From assembly GCA_002189035.1 (NCBI GenBank), contig CM007990.1:3348001-3412000 (forward strand): a stretch of DNA of 64,000 nucleotides, in the 5' to 3' direction. The DNA comes from Utricularia gibba (taxonomy: Eukaryota > Plantae > Magnoliophyta). Positions 13,031 through 23,830 of the stretch are shown here, piece after piece (position 1 is the first letter of the stretch; each line of letters starts with the position of its first letter). Position numbers and translations under genes: made by a program. The notes below the pieces were generated by a model, which was not told the origin of the DNA, made no database searches, and saw only the letters and a program-made list of their open reading frames with translations.

Positions 13031-14513
13031 TACATGGACACCTTGCATGTACCGGTGGACCTCTCCAACCATCCACATCATACATTTTTTTTTATTGTCT
13101 CTCCAATTAGCACAAGTGCAAAGGATATTTTTTGAGGAAAAATTATGTACTACACCTTTGGATTGATTCCATGTCATATTTCATCAGTTTTTGTGTGTTA
13201 GAGTCGACCATGCACGTATAAGTACTTAGTTTACAAGTCTCGCGTATATGATTGTTTTACTATGTTCTCCAACATTTAATTTGAGGTTTGATTATTTTTT
13301 TTCAGTGTTTTCTTTAACAACATACTTTTCAATACCACATAATCCTATGGATGTGTCAGAATCTCAGAATGGCCTCAACCACCTAAGGATAACAACTCAC
13401 TCGGACATCGTTCGTAAGACACATTATGTTTATAGGAGTTAGATTTGAATTCAGAGAAAACATGAGTTATCATAAAAGGTGAAATGGCTTTGGTGACGTG
13501 GTTGATGTTATAACGATTAACAACTAGCACTATCTCAAAATAACACCTCTAAAATTTGCGCAAGTAGATGAGTTCTCAAGATTTATATATAAAACTATAA
13601 GCAAGTTTTGAGGAAGGTAAATCCTAAATCCAAAAAATTTCCTATGAATATAATTTTATTTTATTATTTCGACAATTTCTGTGTAATTGTATAATTATCA
13701 TCATGTATCTTATATTCTTTTATCGAGTATGCAAAATTGTATAAATTAAAACAATTTTTGTATTATATCATTACACCTGAAATTCTGACATATAAGTGCA
13801 ATTTATGAGTCAATTTTTAAATACAAAATAAAAACTGCAATGCATTGTGAGTTTCAATTTATGTGTTTGCACTATAATATTGTTTTATTTGAATATTTAT
13901 AAACCAGTATTTTTGTACATAAAAATAAATATAATATTAACTATTTGATCAAAAAATTTCTTATTAACAAACAGTGAAATTGTAACAAATTTCTTTTGCA
14001 TTGCTAAGCAGTTCTCAATTCTTGCAAAAAATAAGAGAAGACAACAATTTTAGTAATTTGAAAAACAAGATAAACTAAAAATGCTTAATCCATTGACGAA
14101 ATCTACCAAGAATGAAAAATTGAAGGTGAAGAGTCTTGCAAAATGATTACAAAGTGCTATGAGAGTCTGTTGAGCCTCAATTTACATAAAATGTTCGGGA
14201 CATACCTTGAGTGTCACCTAAGAAAACTATGTTAAGGAGGAGTATAATTTGACGACCCTTCATTAATGGTAAAGGGAAATTGAGACAAGAGGTACACTCA
14301 ATGACCTCTCTACTCATTCTATATGTACATCTAGAATCTCTTCTCTTGGCAAGTGATAAATGATATACCTAAGCCAAGCTATTGAGCATTGGAGGGGTTC
14401 CCAAAATTCGAAAGTAACTCTCACCAACATTTGAGTCTATTCAAATCTAGATGAGGACGGCATCAATAAGTAATGGAATGAGACATGAGTATATGAAAGC
14501 TATTTGTAACCAA

Positions 14514-14830
14514 TGATAACACACAAATTTTTTTATTTTTAGTATATGAAAATTATGATTTTTTTGAATTATGTTTAGGTATTTATTTTATAGTTTAAAT
14601 GTTTTACAAAAATTTAGGGAATGATATGATTTTCTGTGTTAGTAGGCCAAATCCTTTGATTTAGCCCATTGTATATTCTAACCAATTTTTGAGTCAAACA
14701 GTAAGTTCTAAAAATCAGGGGGAAATACAAAAATTTCTTGTGGCAACCATGTAGCAGGATATGCAACATAAAAGGAGGAGACAATGAGTGCAAGTACGAT
14801 TGATAGAAATTTCATGCGGCAGCCATGTAA
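14514..14830 (+). mobile_element. 5' part of an Athila-type LTR (family also at 22.7, 26.1, 35.8 and 58.8 kb)
   Basis: Starts TGATAACACACAAATTT. Segment aagttctaaaaatcaggggg...aaaaggaggagacaatg resembles 35812-35890. Confidence 0.5.
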
Positions 14831-15171
14831 CACTGTTATTTAGGTTTGCAATGAATGTACACATGAAATTACTAATATATCCTTTACTAGAATTCTTACA
14901 GCTTTTTATGATAATTTGTTTTTCCCTTTCCCCACCGACATCATCTACAGGGACAAGATGTTGCCATGTGATGAGATCTCTATCGATTTCATTGGTATGT
15001 AAGGGCTTCGGGGCATGGGTTAACTCTAGATAGTGTACGCCATTCCTTGTGTGGAGTTTCTCACTTGAAATTTGTTGATTTCAGAATTGATTTTAAGGTT
15101 TACTTGTTGTAAGTCGTTGATGGTTTTGTTTTGTTCTTGCTGCTTTATTCCCTCCGGTGTAGACCGTAGGT

Positions 15172-15590
15172 ATGCATAGCCCAAATGTCGTGAAAGACTC
15201 CACCTGAAAAACGAAGCAGGCTTGAAAGCTAGATGAGAAGAAGTACTTGTTGTATGCTTTGAAACAGATAGTGAAAGAAGATGGGTGCAGATGGGAATCG
15301 ATGATGATATGTAGTTCCTCGACGAAATGAAGGAGCTGAATGTGCACAAATGCGAGGAGCTACATCATTTGGGATTAGCAGTGGTGCAACAAGCACGTGA
15401 GTCGGTAGACAATCATCATCAGGTAGGGGAGATCATCAAAGGTATGCCACTACAACTTTTTGCGATCCAATGTGTTACCATAGTGGAGATGATTAGTTCC
15501 GATTTTGCAAAGTTGCGCTACTTTGTTGCCTCGAGTGATTGTAAAAGAGAGCTGATTGTGAGTAGTCTAGCATCTAGCCTTAGATTTTAA
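15172..15590 (+). pseudogene. PIF/Harbinger Myb/SANT-like ORF, internally deleted
   Basis: MHSPNVVKDST*KTKQA*KLDEKKYLLYALKQIV resembles the Myb/SANT N-terminus. It joins near 15310 to a C-terminal segment homologous at DNA level to 35300-35040 (minus). Confidence 0.65.
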
Positions 15591-15899
15591 ATGATTTGTG
15601 TAGTTTTGACATTTTGGTGGACTACTAGGCTGGATGTATCCCTAGCCTTTGTAGCACTAATCCGTAAAGGTGGTGCTTTGAATGAGGGCACATCACAATG
15701 CAGTGCTATTGAGAAATGATGGAAGAGCATTACATTGGAGTTGGTTGTTATGAAGCACCGCATATGGATATATATGCAGTGACCAGTTGTGGCACCAGAT
15801 CTTAACACACTCACTAATACAATAGCTGTTTGACCATATAATAATAAAGTCAGAATATCATAGTTCACACAAGATCCATGCAAATTAAAGGTACGTCAT

Positions 15900-17189
15900 C
15901 TATCACATAATAACATTGTAGTGCTTCCACAGCGGGTGCTCCTCATTTATCGGATGTTGACCTACTTGTCGGCAATTGAAGAATGTGAGAACATCCATTT
16001 GGTCAATGAACGCTTCAAGGAATGTCCTGATAACACCCCTTTGAACCAAGGAAGAATCATTGGCCATGGTGTACTTGTAGGTGGTTGGAAATATGGCATT
16101 CTCAGACAGTCCAATTAAAGTATACCATCATCAAATGCAAGATGGAGTTAGCAAATAAGAGCGTGATTAGACACTTACCGGGTTGTGCAATGACTTGTAT
16201 GGCGCATCATCGATGAGTAGTGCATTAAAATGGTGATATTTTCCCTTGAACTTTGTATTGACACCCCAAATGTGAGTCAACAGCTTCAGCTCAATGGTGT
16301 TGTTCTTGTTGTCGTGCACTAGATGACCAGTGTTTAATGTCGTGCATCCATCCTATTAGAAGGCCAGCTTTCCAATAGCTGCGGGTCTTAGTAACCACTG
16401 GACTACATCGTTCAATTGTTCATTAAAACATGTTACCGAGAAAATCAAGCGTCAGCATCTTGCGGGCCCCACCACATAATCATTGAATAGTCTTACCATC
16501 CTCTTGAAGACCAGATCATGACATCAAAGTGTTCTATGCAAAACTATATCAACTCATGTATTCTTGGTCGGAGATACACTATAACCACAACAATAATATC
16601 GAAACACACTAAAAATATTAAACTGATATCAAACTTGAGAGTATCACATCATGATGGATGCACACAGTTGAATATAGCACATTACCATTTCGCTCATAAA
16701 TGACTACATTTGGCCTCGGAGTTCCCCACCTTACATCTCTACGATACACGATGTCTGTAAGTATGCCGTTTACATCAAATATTAATTACTTCCATGGTGG
16801 GGCTGCATCCTCACATGCATGTCCATCATATGGCCACCTACACTCATACCAAGCAAGTCGTTTACAGAGTTTAAGATTTTATGCGAATAATCTCTCCAAC
16901 TCGGTGTACTTTGCAGTGACAACTCCACACCAATCATCTAGTGTGAAAATCAGCTTTGGTCCAATACTATAACCTTCTAGCTGCATGTTTTCACCCTCTT
17001 CATGGACTACGTCCTCCACATCTTTGTTCGTACTCTTACGTTGTCTATGTTGTCAAGGGGTTCCAAACCATAGATGTTGTGTTCTAGGGGCATTCACAAA
17101 AGATGGCAAGATGTCCTCAAGGGACCTTGTTCTACTAGAGAACAAATTCAAAAACATCTTTGTTGCATGCTTTGGCAAGACCTTCATTC
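15900..17189 (-). pseudogene. FCP1/SCP-homology (HAD, CTD-phosphatase-like) domain pseudogene with introns
   Basis: K*LIFDVNGILTDIV (16785-16745; plant subfamily motif KKLLVLDLNGLL); LAF**DGCTTLNTG..KNNTIELKLLTHIW; NALLIDDAPYKSLHNP followed by GTAAGT at 16178; ENAIFPTTY..NDSSL..G.IRTFLE..VGQHPINEEHPLWKHY. Several stop codons. Confidence 0.8.
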
Positions 17190-17261
17190 CTATAATAAAA
17201 CGATAAAAAAAGCATGCCATTTGATGCACGTGGATTTAGAATATTAAAGTAATTGCATGTG

Positions 17262-17745
17262 ATTAGTTGATGGCTCTCCAACATTCTCTGACACTATTAT
17301 TCTTGTTGGCCATTCTGGATTGTTGGGTAGGCTTACCTATATGAAATTAGTCCACCAATCATCATATGTGCTTCTACTGTCTATAATGAGAACCATGCCC
17401 GGTTTACCATATAGAGAATAGTGGGGACTCCTCTTACGTTGCATACACATTGTGACTGCAAAGAAGATACACATTTCTAGAGGTATATTCTCCTCTTTAT
17501 AGATCTACAAAAACGCGAGTACGCGCATGACAGAATGAGGAGTCAAGTGTGAGAGTGGGATTTGGAGTGCAGTAAATATTTGTACCAAGAAAGTAGGTAG
17601 GGGCAATTGCAATCCACACTGAAAGTGCTCAGTGCTGACGGCGAATCTCATTGCTCCAACTCTGGCTGGTGGTTTGGAGTTGGATGTTTTGCCGTGTAAT
17701 TTATCCCACATCATGTAACTATCAGGAATTGAGAAGCGGACACAA
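17262..17745 (-). pseudogene. Gypsy-type putative transposase (Transposase_28/PF04195-like) domain
   Basis: RFSIPDSY..EHFQCGLQLPLPTFLVQIFTALQIPLSHLTPHSVMRVLAFL*..IIDSRSTYDDWWTNFI*, matching the recalled pattern RYxIP..FxAGLRLPLxPF..L..IAPSQLTPNSWR..F..WKxRFFF. Confidence 0.7.
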
Positions 17746-18987
17746 CTACATATACAAACAAAAAACTGAAATCATACTATTGAAAGAAAGGAAGAATCTA
17801 AAACGTGTATGAATAGGCTGCATATTGTCCTGCCAACTGTCACGTAGCTCTTCCGATAAGGGTGCGAAGGAATCCCGTGTATGCAGTGCTGCTGCACATA
17901 TGCCAGGGGAAAGGAGATGTAAGGCCGTGATTAATGAAGTCGTTTTCAAAAGGGCATGTCCTACATGCTTTCTGAAGCACCTTGTCCCCATTTTGTGGTA
18001 CCGAGTCCAATGGTCCGCCATGTAATACCTTTTTATCCTATGGTAGCACATATTAGAGTGGTAGAATCCCACCACTCTTACATGCAAGCATCAGATACCA
18101 TGAGTATCGATGTTCATGTGAATGTATGCCCGATATATGTATGACCATGGAATTGATATGTATGTATGTGATGCTTGTTCAATCTTTCTAATGCATACAA
18201 GATTAACTTAAAAAATCCAATACAAACGTCATGATAGTTTCAAAATGGTCATTTAGGAAAAGCAACAATATGACAATTTAAAGTAGGCCTACATCAGTAG
18301 CATCTATAGGTTGCAAGCCACTCGGTGTACATCACCTCGCCTTGCTCATCATGCCATCTATTTCATGCTTAGTGGTGGGCATGAGTTGGCTCGACACATA
18401 GGCTCAGCCCAACCTGTATTTATGGTTCCAGCCCATGGGTCGTCAACCCATCTTAGGTGATTGATGGTTGGGCTGGCCAAATCAACTTGTGACCCATACC
18501 GGTCAGATTCATTAGGCTAGGGGTTGACAAAGCAGCCTAAAATAATTCCTTGGTAGATAATTTGTTTTCGCCCAAAATTCAAACCAATTTTACCACATAT
18601 CAGAACAAACTTGTAGGGCACGAGTTGACACATCAGTCTAAAATAATTCTATAGATAATTTTTTTATAAAAAATCCAAAATCCATTTTATCACATATCAA
18701 AATAGAATATTACAAACTTTGGAATCATCATCCAACCCTAGACGTATTATTCAGATTCAAAAGGATACTTTGATCGCAATCTAATAGCAACAACATAGTT
18801 TTGATATGTTTTCGCCCTTGTTTGCACATTTTTTATCCGTAAGTTATTAAGGTGAAATTTTTTAATTTTATTCATATTTTTTCATTTTTTTAAGTATAGC
18901 ATGTTTTTGTTTCATGTTTTGTTGATATGGATTGAATATGTATCATGTATTTTATTTAGTTATATCTAATGGTGGTAATTCTGCAAG

Positions 18988-19901
18988 TGAACAAAAACCG
19001 TCGAAATAATAAAATAAGATCATATCCACAAGGAATTGTTGTTCAAATTTTCTTTTCAAAATAATGTCTCAAATGATTGAAAAGAAAACAAAGATTTGGT
19101 TTTCAAAACAATAATAAAAGTGGTTTCGGATGTAGGATCCCCCTTGCCCAAAACTCGTCCAAACTTTTGTGTGTAAACCTTGAAAACTAATTTGCTTGCA
19201 CAAGTTACGGGGTGATATTCTAAAATAGTGCTACTCAGTAACGATTATAGCACCGTCTCCCATTTAGTGGGATTATAGAATCAACCACACCACCAGAAGC
19301 ATTTCACCTCTTATCATAAACCATGTTTTCCCAACACCCAAATCTAACCCATATATCTCACACCTCGTAGATAGATAAATAGAATGTGCCTTATCAACGA
19401 TGTTTGATTGAGCCCTTCTCCTTAGGTGTTTGAGGCCAACCTCAAATTCTCTCACACTCCCTTCGGGTTATGTGATACTAAAGAACACGTTGATATAGAA
19501 AATGTTGTGAAAAATAGAATCAAAACTCAATTTAAATGTCTCAAAATATAGTAAAACAATCACACACACAAGCTCAAATCCTCGACTGCAAGTGCCTATG
19601 TGTGCAAGCTTGACTCTAACATGAAAATAAACAAAAAAAAAAAAATATAAAAGAAAAGTGGTTAAAAGATGTCTCTAATGGTTGAGAGATTGAGGTATTT
19701 ATAGGAGAATAGATTCAAATCTTCATATTGAACTTGCTTGATAGGTTTGGATAAGATCTTCTATCCAAATCTTTTATTCAAATCTTCTAATATCATCTTC
19801 AAATCTTTATCTTATCTAAATTTTGAACCAAATCTTCATCGTTTGACCAAATCTTAGGTTGAGATTCTAAAACTATAAATTTTAATTCTTCTGGTGTTGC
19901 A
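18988..19901 (-). mobile_element. Athila-type LTR inserted inside the hAT element
   Basis: TG...CA bounded, with CTATAAATAC on the minus strand (about 19695-19705) and a U5-like end (reverse complement of gatcatatccacaaggaattg). No clean TSD found. Confidence 0.55.
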
Positions 19902-19903
19902 GG

Positions 19904-21679
19904 TAATGGTAAAAAGTCGATATGGTGGAACCATTTCGAACCTCATAAATTCCTTCCCGAAAATGTTTAGTGTAAATATTGGGGTACAAGAAATATGAAA
20001 AGGCACATGGAACATGATCATAAATATAAATTATCTAAATGCATGATATAGATACAACTTAGTATTACTAGAGGGTCACTTATGAGGAATTTTGTTTTTA
20101 ATTTAAATACATTTCATGTTGCTCTAGTTCATTGGTTGATTTCGATAGAATTTCCACTTTCTATTGTTGAAGATGTTGGCTTTAATGATTTAATTCATTC
20201 TTATCTACGGCTGACTTATAAAGGATTTTCTACGAACAAGACTTGTCATATTGCCTTGATTGACTTTAATATTTTTAAGCGAAAGTTGATTTCTAACTTT
20301 GATTCATTATCTTATAAGTTTGCTTTGACATGTGATAGTTAAACCAGAGTCAATAATGAGAGCTTCATTATTGTCACTTGTTCTTGGATTGATAATGAGT
20401 GGCATTTAGAGGAAAGGATTTTAGTTTTCAAGCATTGAGAGTCTCTACATTCAGGTTCATCCATCTATAAGGTAATTTTAAATACTTGCCATGAATTCAA
20501 ATTTTTTCTCAGATTTTTTCAATTTTCTTAGATAATGCTTCAGCTAACAACAATGCTATCCGTCTTAATAGAATTTTTTTGGATGGAATTTTTTTTCATA
20601 ATAGATGCATATGTTATGCTTTCAATTTATGTGTGCAAGATAGTTTGAATACTGCACATTATATTATTGAACATTTTCGTAATATTTTTTCACATCTTAG
20701 GTACTCAAGTATTAGGAGAAATGAAATGAAACGTTTATATTTGGAGCATAATTTACCTTTTAAATGCTTTAAGCTTGATTGTAAGACTAGGTGAATGATA
20801 TGTTGACAATGTTGATTAGTTATAACATTCCTATGATGCAATTTTGTGAGAATTTGCATGATGTTGGTGGAGTAATTAATGAATCTTCATTTTCTATTAT
20901 TGATAAACTTATTAACTTGCTTGAAGTGTTAAATTCTTATACTAATTTATTAAGTGTTTCATATTTTCCCACTACACATTTAGTTCTTCAAGCACTTGTT
21001 TGCATTTTGTATGTTTTTTGTAATTTCTCTCGAGAGCCTCCATTGATAGTATAATCGGTGATATGCAAAAAAATTTTAAAGTATTACCATGAAATTTCTG
21101 AATTATATCTTGTTGTAACAATTTTGGATCCTAAGTTAAAGGAAAAGGATTGAAAACTCCACTTGATGCGTTTGCACATTGTTTTTATACACAATATGTA
21201 TTTGTTATTGATGTTCTTAAAATGGAGAGATAAGCAACTTTGAATATTTACGTTATGTTTTTACTCCTCCATCTTTTTTTTCATGCTCTTTTGTTATTAA
21301 TTCTATTGTTTTAATTCGTAGCAAACATAGTGCATCCTCCCAACTCTCTAGCTCACATGGAGAATATATTTTGTACAACAATACACATATTGTTGAAGGT
21401 AATGATGACGATTCATTTGATATACTAACATGGTGGAAAAGCAATGCTATAAACTTTCCAATCTTGGCCAAGATGGCCAAAGATGTGAATACTCCTCCAT
21501 TTTCAACCTTGGTTTTGAAGAGTGCATTTAGTGGTAGTGGGAAAACGCTTACAACAAAAAGATCAAAACTTGCTCCTGACACAATTGAAACATGTGTGTA
21601 TTTGAAGAATTGGAATGATGTGACAAAGAGGAAGAAAAAAATTACAAGATTATGCATCAAGTTCGGAAGAGTAATATGA
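19904..21679 (+). pseudogene. hAT (BED-finger, RICESLEEPER/Ac-like) transposase pseudogene
   Basis: SIWWNHF..CKYW..MKRH (BED finger); FPLSIVED.GF; LTCDS*T; FFHNRCICYAFNLCVQD; KLDCKTR; FDILTWWKSNAINFPILAKMAKDV..SAFS..RSKLAPDTIETCVYLKNW (dimerisation domain). Stops and frameshifts present. Confidence 0.9.
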
Positions 21680-22684
21680 AGAAGCCAAATAGTATGAGTT
21701 ATTAAGAGTTTTTATTATGTTTTGATTTTTATTCTCAAAGATTGTATTATGGTATTCCTCCGTAAAAAATGAGGGTAAATTAATAAAATGAGAGGCATAC
21801 TCCACTTTTTATATATTTTATAAAAATATTAATTTTATAATTATGGTTATTTAATTATTTAATATAATTTATTTAAAACTAAAAATATAAATTTAAAAAA
21901 TACTTTTTTTAAATATTGGGTCGTCCATCATAAACCCATTAATTGATCTTTGGGCCACGATTTGTGCTGGGTTCAGTTAAAACCCACGGGCCGACTCACA
22001 TATGGGTTCAAATTAAAATTTGACCAATAGGTTGGACCTGTTGGGTTGACAAACCTGTGGGGTCTGGCCCACAACCCATGCCCAACACTATCCATGCTTG
22101 ACTTCCTTCAATATAAGCTGTAACGTCTTATGTAACACTCGTTTCCCCGCCTTTATTCCAATGGGACCTCATCCTCCAAGGGATTGATGACCATCTCTTT
22201 TTGAATGAGGTTTTGGAAAAAAGCACATGCCAATACAATCCGACTCCATATATCTAATGATGTATGTACCATCTATGGTTCCATCACAACAGTGAAAATA
22301 CATAGTTAATTATAGCCACATTCTAAAAAACATAAATGAAAGATATGTCTACCTGGAAGTTTTTGAACTTTCCTTCGGATGCATATTCTCTAGTAGTTAT
22401 TGAGGTCTCGAATAGCACCTCATGAAGGCAAAGAACCGCATGCAACACCTTTTGGAAGCACCAAGACTATGTCTCGGTGCTCCTTCTATAAACATGTTTT
22501 TGCACCCGTATTTTTTTATGGTGACCTAAGATTCCTAAAAACATGCAAACCATCTTCAGAACCGTAACATATTTCCCAGCCTTTAAAAGTGAATGATTTT
22601 CTAACAAGCTACATAAAATACCGAAGGCATCTCAACTGATTCTCAAGTTCTCAATTGATGCACAATTCACATCACTATGAATCT

Positions 22685-23830
22685 TGATAAACAAAAATTT
22701 TAGCAATGTTGTTGCAATAAAACATAATTTTTGTATCAAATAAATTTATAAGCCTTAATCCTCACAAAATACAAATTAAACACAATGTATACCGTGGAAT
22801 TCGGGATCGATCACGAGGAGCTTGCGCTTGCTAAGTGTTTTAGTAGATGCATAATTCGGAATATAGTGGTCTTAATCTAAGCTTGAACTAACATAAGTAA
22901 GCAGGTTCAATAAACAGGATCAAATCTCAACTCGGAAAATAGCAGATACTAGTTTTAACACAGACTAATGCTAAGATTTCTTAAGGGGCTGCAAGTGGTG
23001 TAGTGCTAAAATGTCTAATTTAAATTCATATGTTCCGACATTCACAATTTCAAATAACCTAAGTCTACCCAAGTCATTCATCATATCTTCGATTAAGCTA
23101 GTCCCCAATATCCTCACCTACATTGCAATTAGGTCTACCCACATGCAAAGTATATAGAACTAGGTTTATCCGGTTCTACTGGTTCTACCCCGAACTAATA
23201 CCTACTGTTACCATCTTGATTTGTTGGTCTACTTCTAAATCAAGCATCTCAGTTGTGAAGCTACTTGTTCCCCTCCTTAAATCTACCCATAGATTAGTAG
23301 AAATAAGAGCTAAGAAACAATGATGAATTTTATTAAGACTCCTAGATCCACACCACCATGTTTTATCTTAAGGCATCCCTAGGGCTTTAGCTACTCATAC
23401 TTTAAAGGTAAAACATGATAATATTAACATAAAACACCGAAAATGTCAAGAACATCATGAAAGAGTTGGTTGCAAAAACTAAAAACATCAACAAACGAAA
23501 ATAAAGCAGTAAGAGTTCTAGTTTCCGTCTGCTATTGTTCACAGGCCAGAACAGTAACGCTGGACTGGGTTTTTCTTCACAATGGAGGTTCTTCTCCAGA
23601 AAATCACCCTTCTTTTTTCTTCTCCTTCCCGTGTTCTTCATGTTGGAGTTGTTAGGGGAGAAGTCCCCTCGTGTGTGTTCTAAAAAAAAAAAAAATCCCT
23701 CTCGCTCCCCTTGCGATTCTCTCTCTAGTTTTTCTCTCGCCTCTCATTTTCCAAAGCTAGTACAATCTCTGACACCTCTGCTACTCCTGCCCCTGACTTG
23801 CAGACTGTCGCCGTGACAGTGTACTCATTG
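22685..23830 (-). mobile_element. Athila-type LTR copy, truncated, inserted in the PIF transposase
   Basis: Begins TGATAAAC (reverse complement of the LTR 3' end) and is collinear with 26091-, 58781- and reverse complement of 36953-. Confidence 0.8.

Larger units (their letters stand above)
18370..22090 (+). mobile_element. Full-length hAT element with TIRs and 8-bp TSD
   Basis: TIRs TAGTGGTGGGCATG (18370-18383) and CATGCCCAACACTA (22077-22090), 13/14 match. TSD TTCATGCT / TCCATGCT (7/8). Subterminal regions are rich in GGG(C/T)T/ACCC motifs. Confidence 0.9.
18294..22680 (-). pseudogene. PIF/Harbinger DDE transposase of copy A, split by the hAT insertion
   Basis: 22680-22350: SDVNC..LRIS*DAFGILCSLL..MFLGILGHHKKIR..RRSTET*SWCFQKVLHAVLCLH. 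About 22285-22260: GTIDGTYI. After an internal deletion: RIVLACAFFQNLIQKEMVINPLEDEV. The C-terminus IEGSQAW|NRWHDEQGEVMYTEW resumes at 18369 on the far side of the hAT. Confidence 0.85.
14850..22684. mobile_element. Decayed PIF/Harbinger element, copy A: Myb/SANT ORF (+), cargo (-), transposase (-)
   Basis: Component ORFs are listed separately. 14850-16110 is homologous in inverted orientation to 34388-37400 (e.g. 47/51 identical, 15042-15092 vs reverse complement of 37120-37170). Both termini are lost to LTR insertions. Confidence 0.8.

Noticed and set aside
23123-23323. Repeated ORF MQLGLP(T/A)CKV.. at 23123 and 59205 as a duplicated small gene
   Set aside because: Both lie inside copies of the same LTR and start at TTG; homologous positions in other copies are not kept open.
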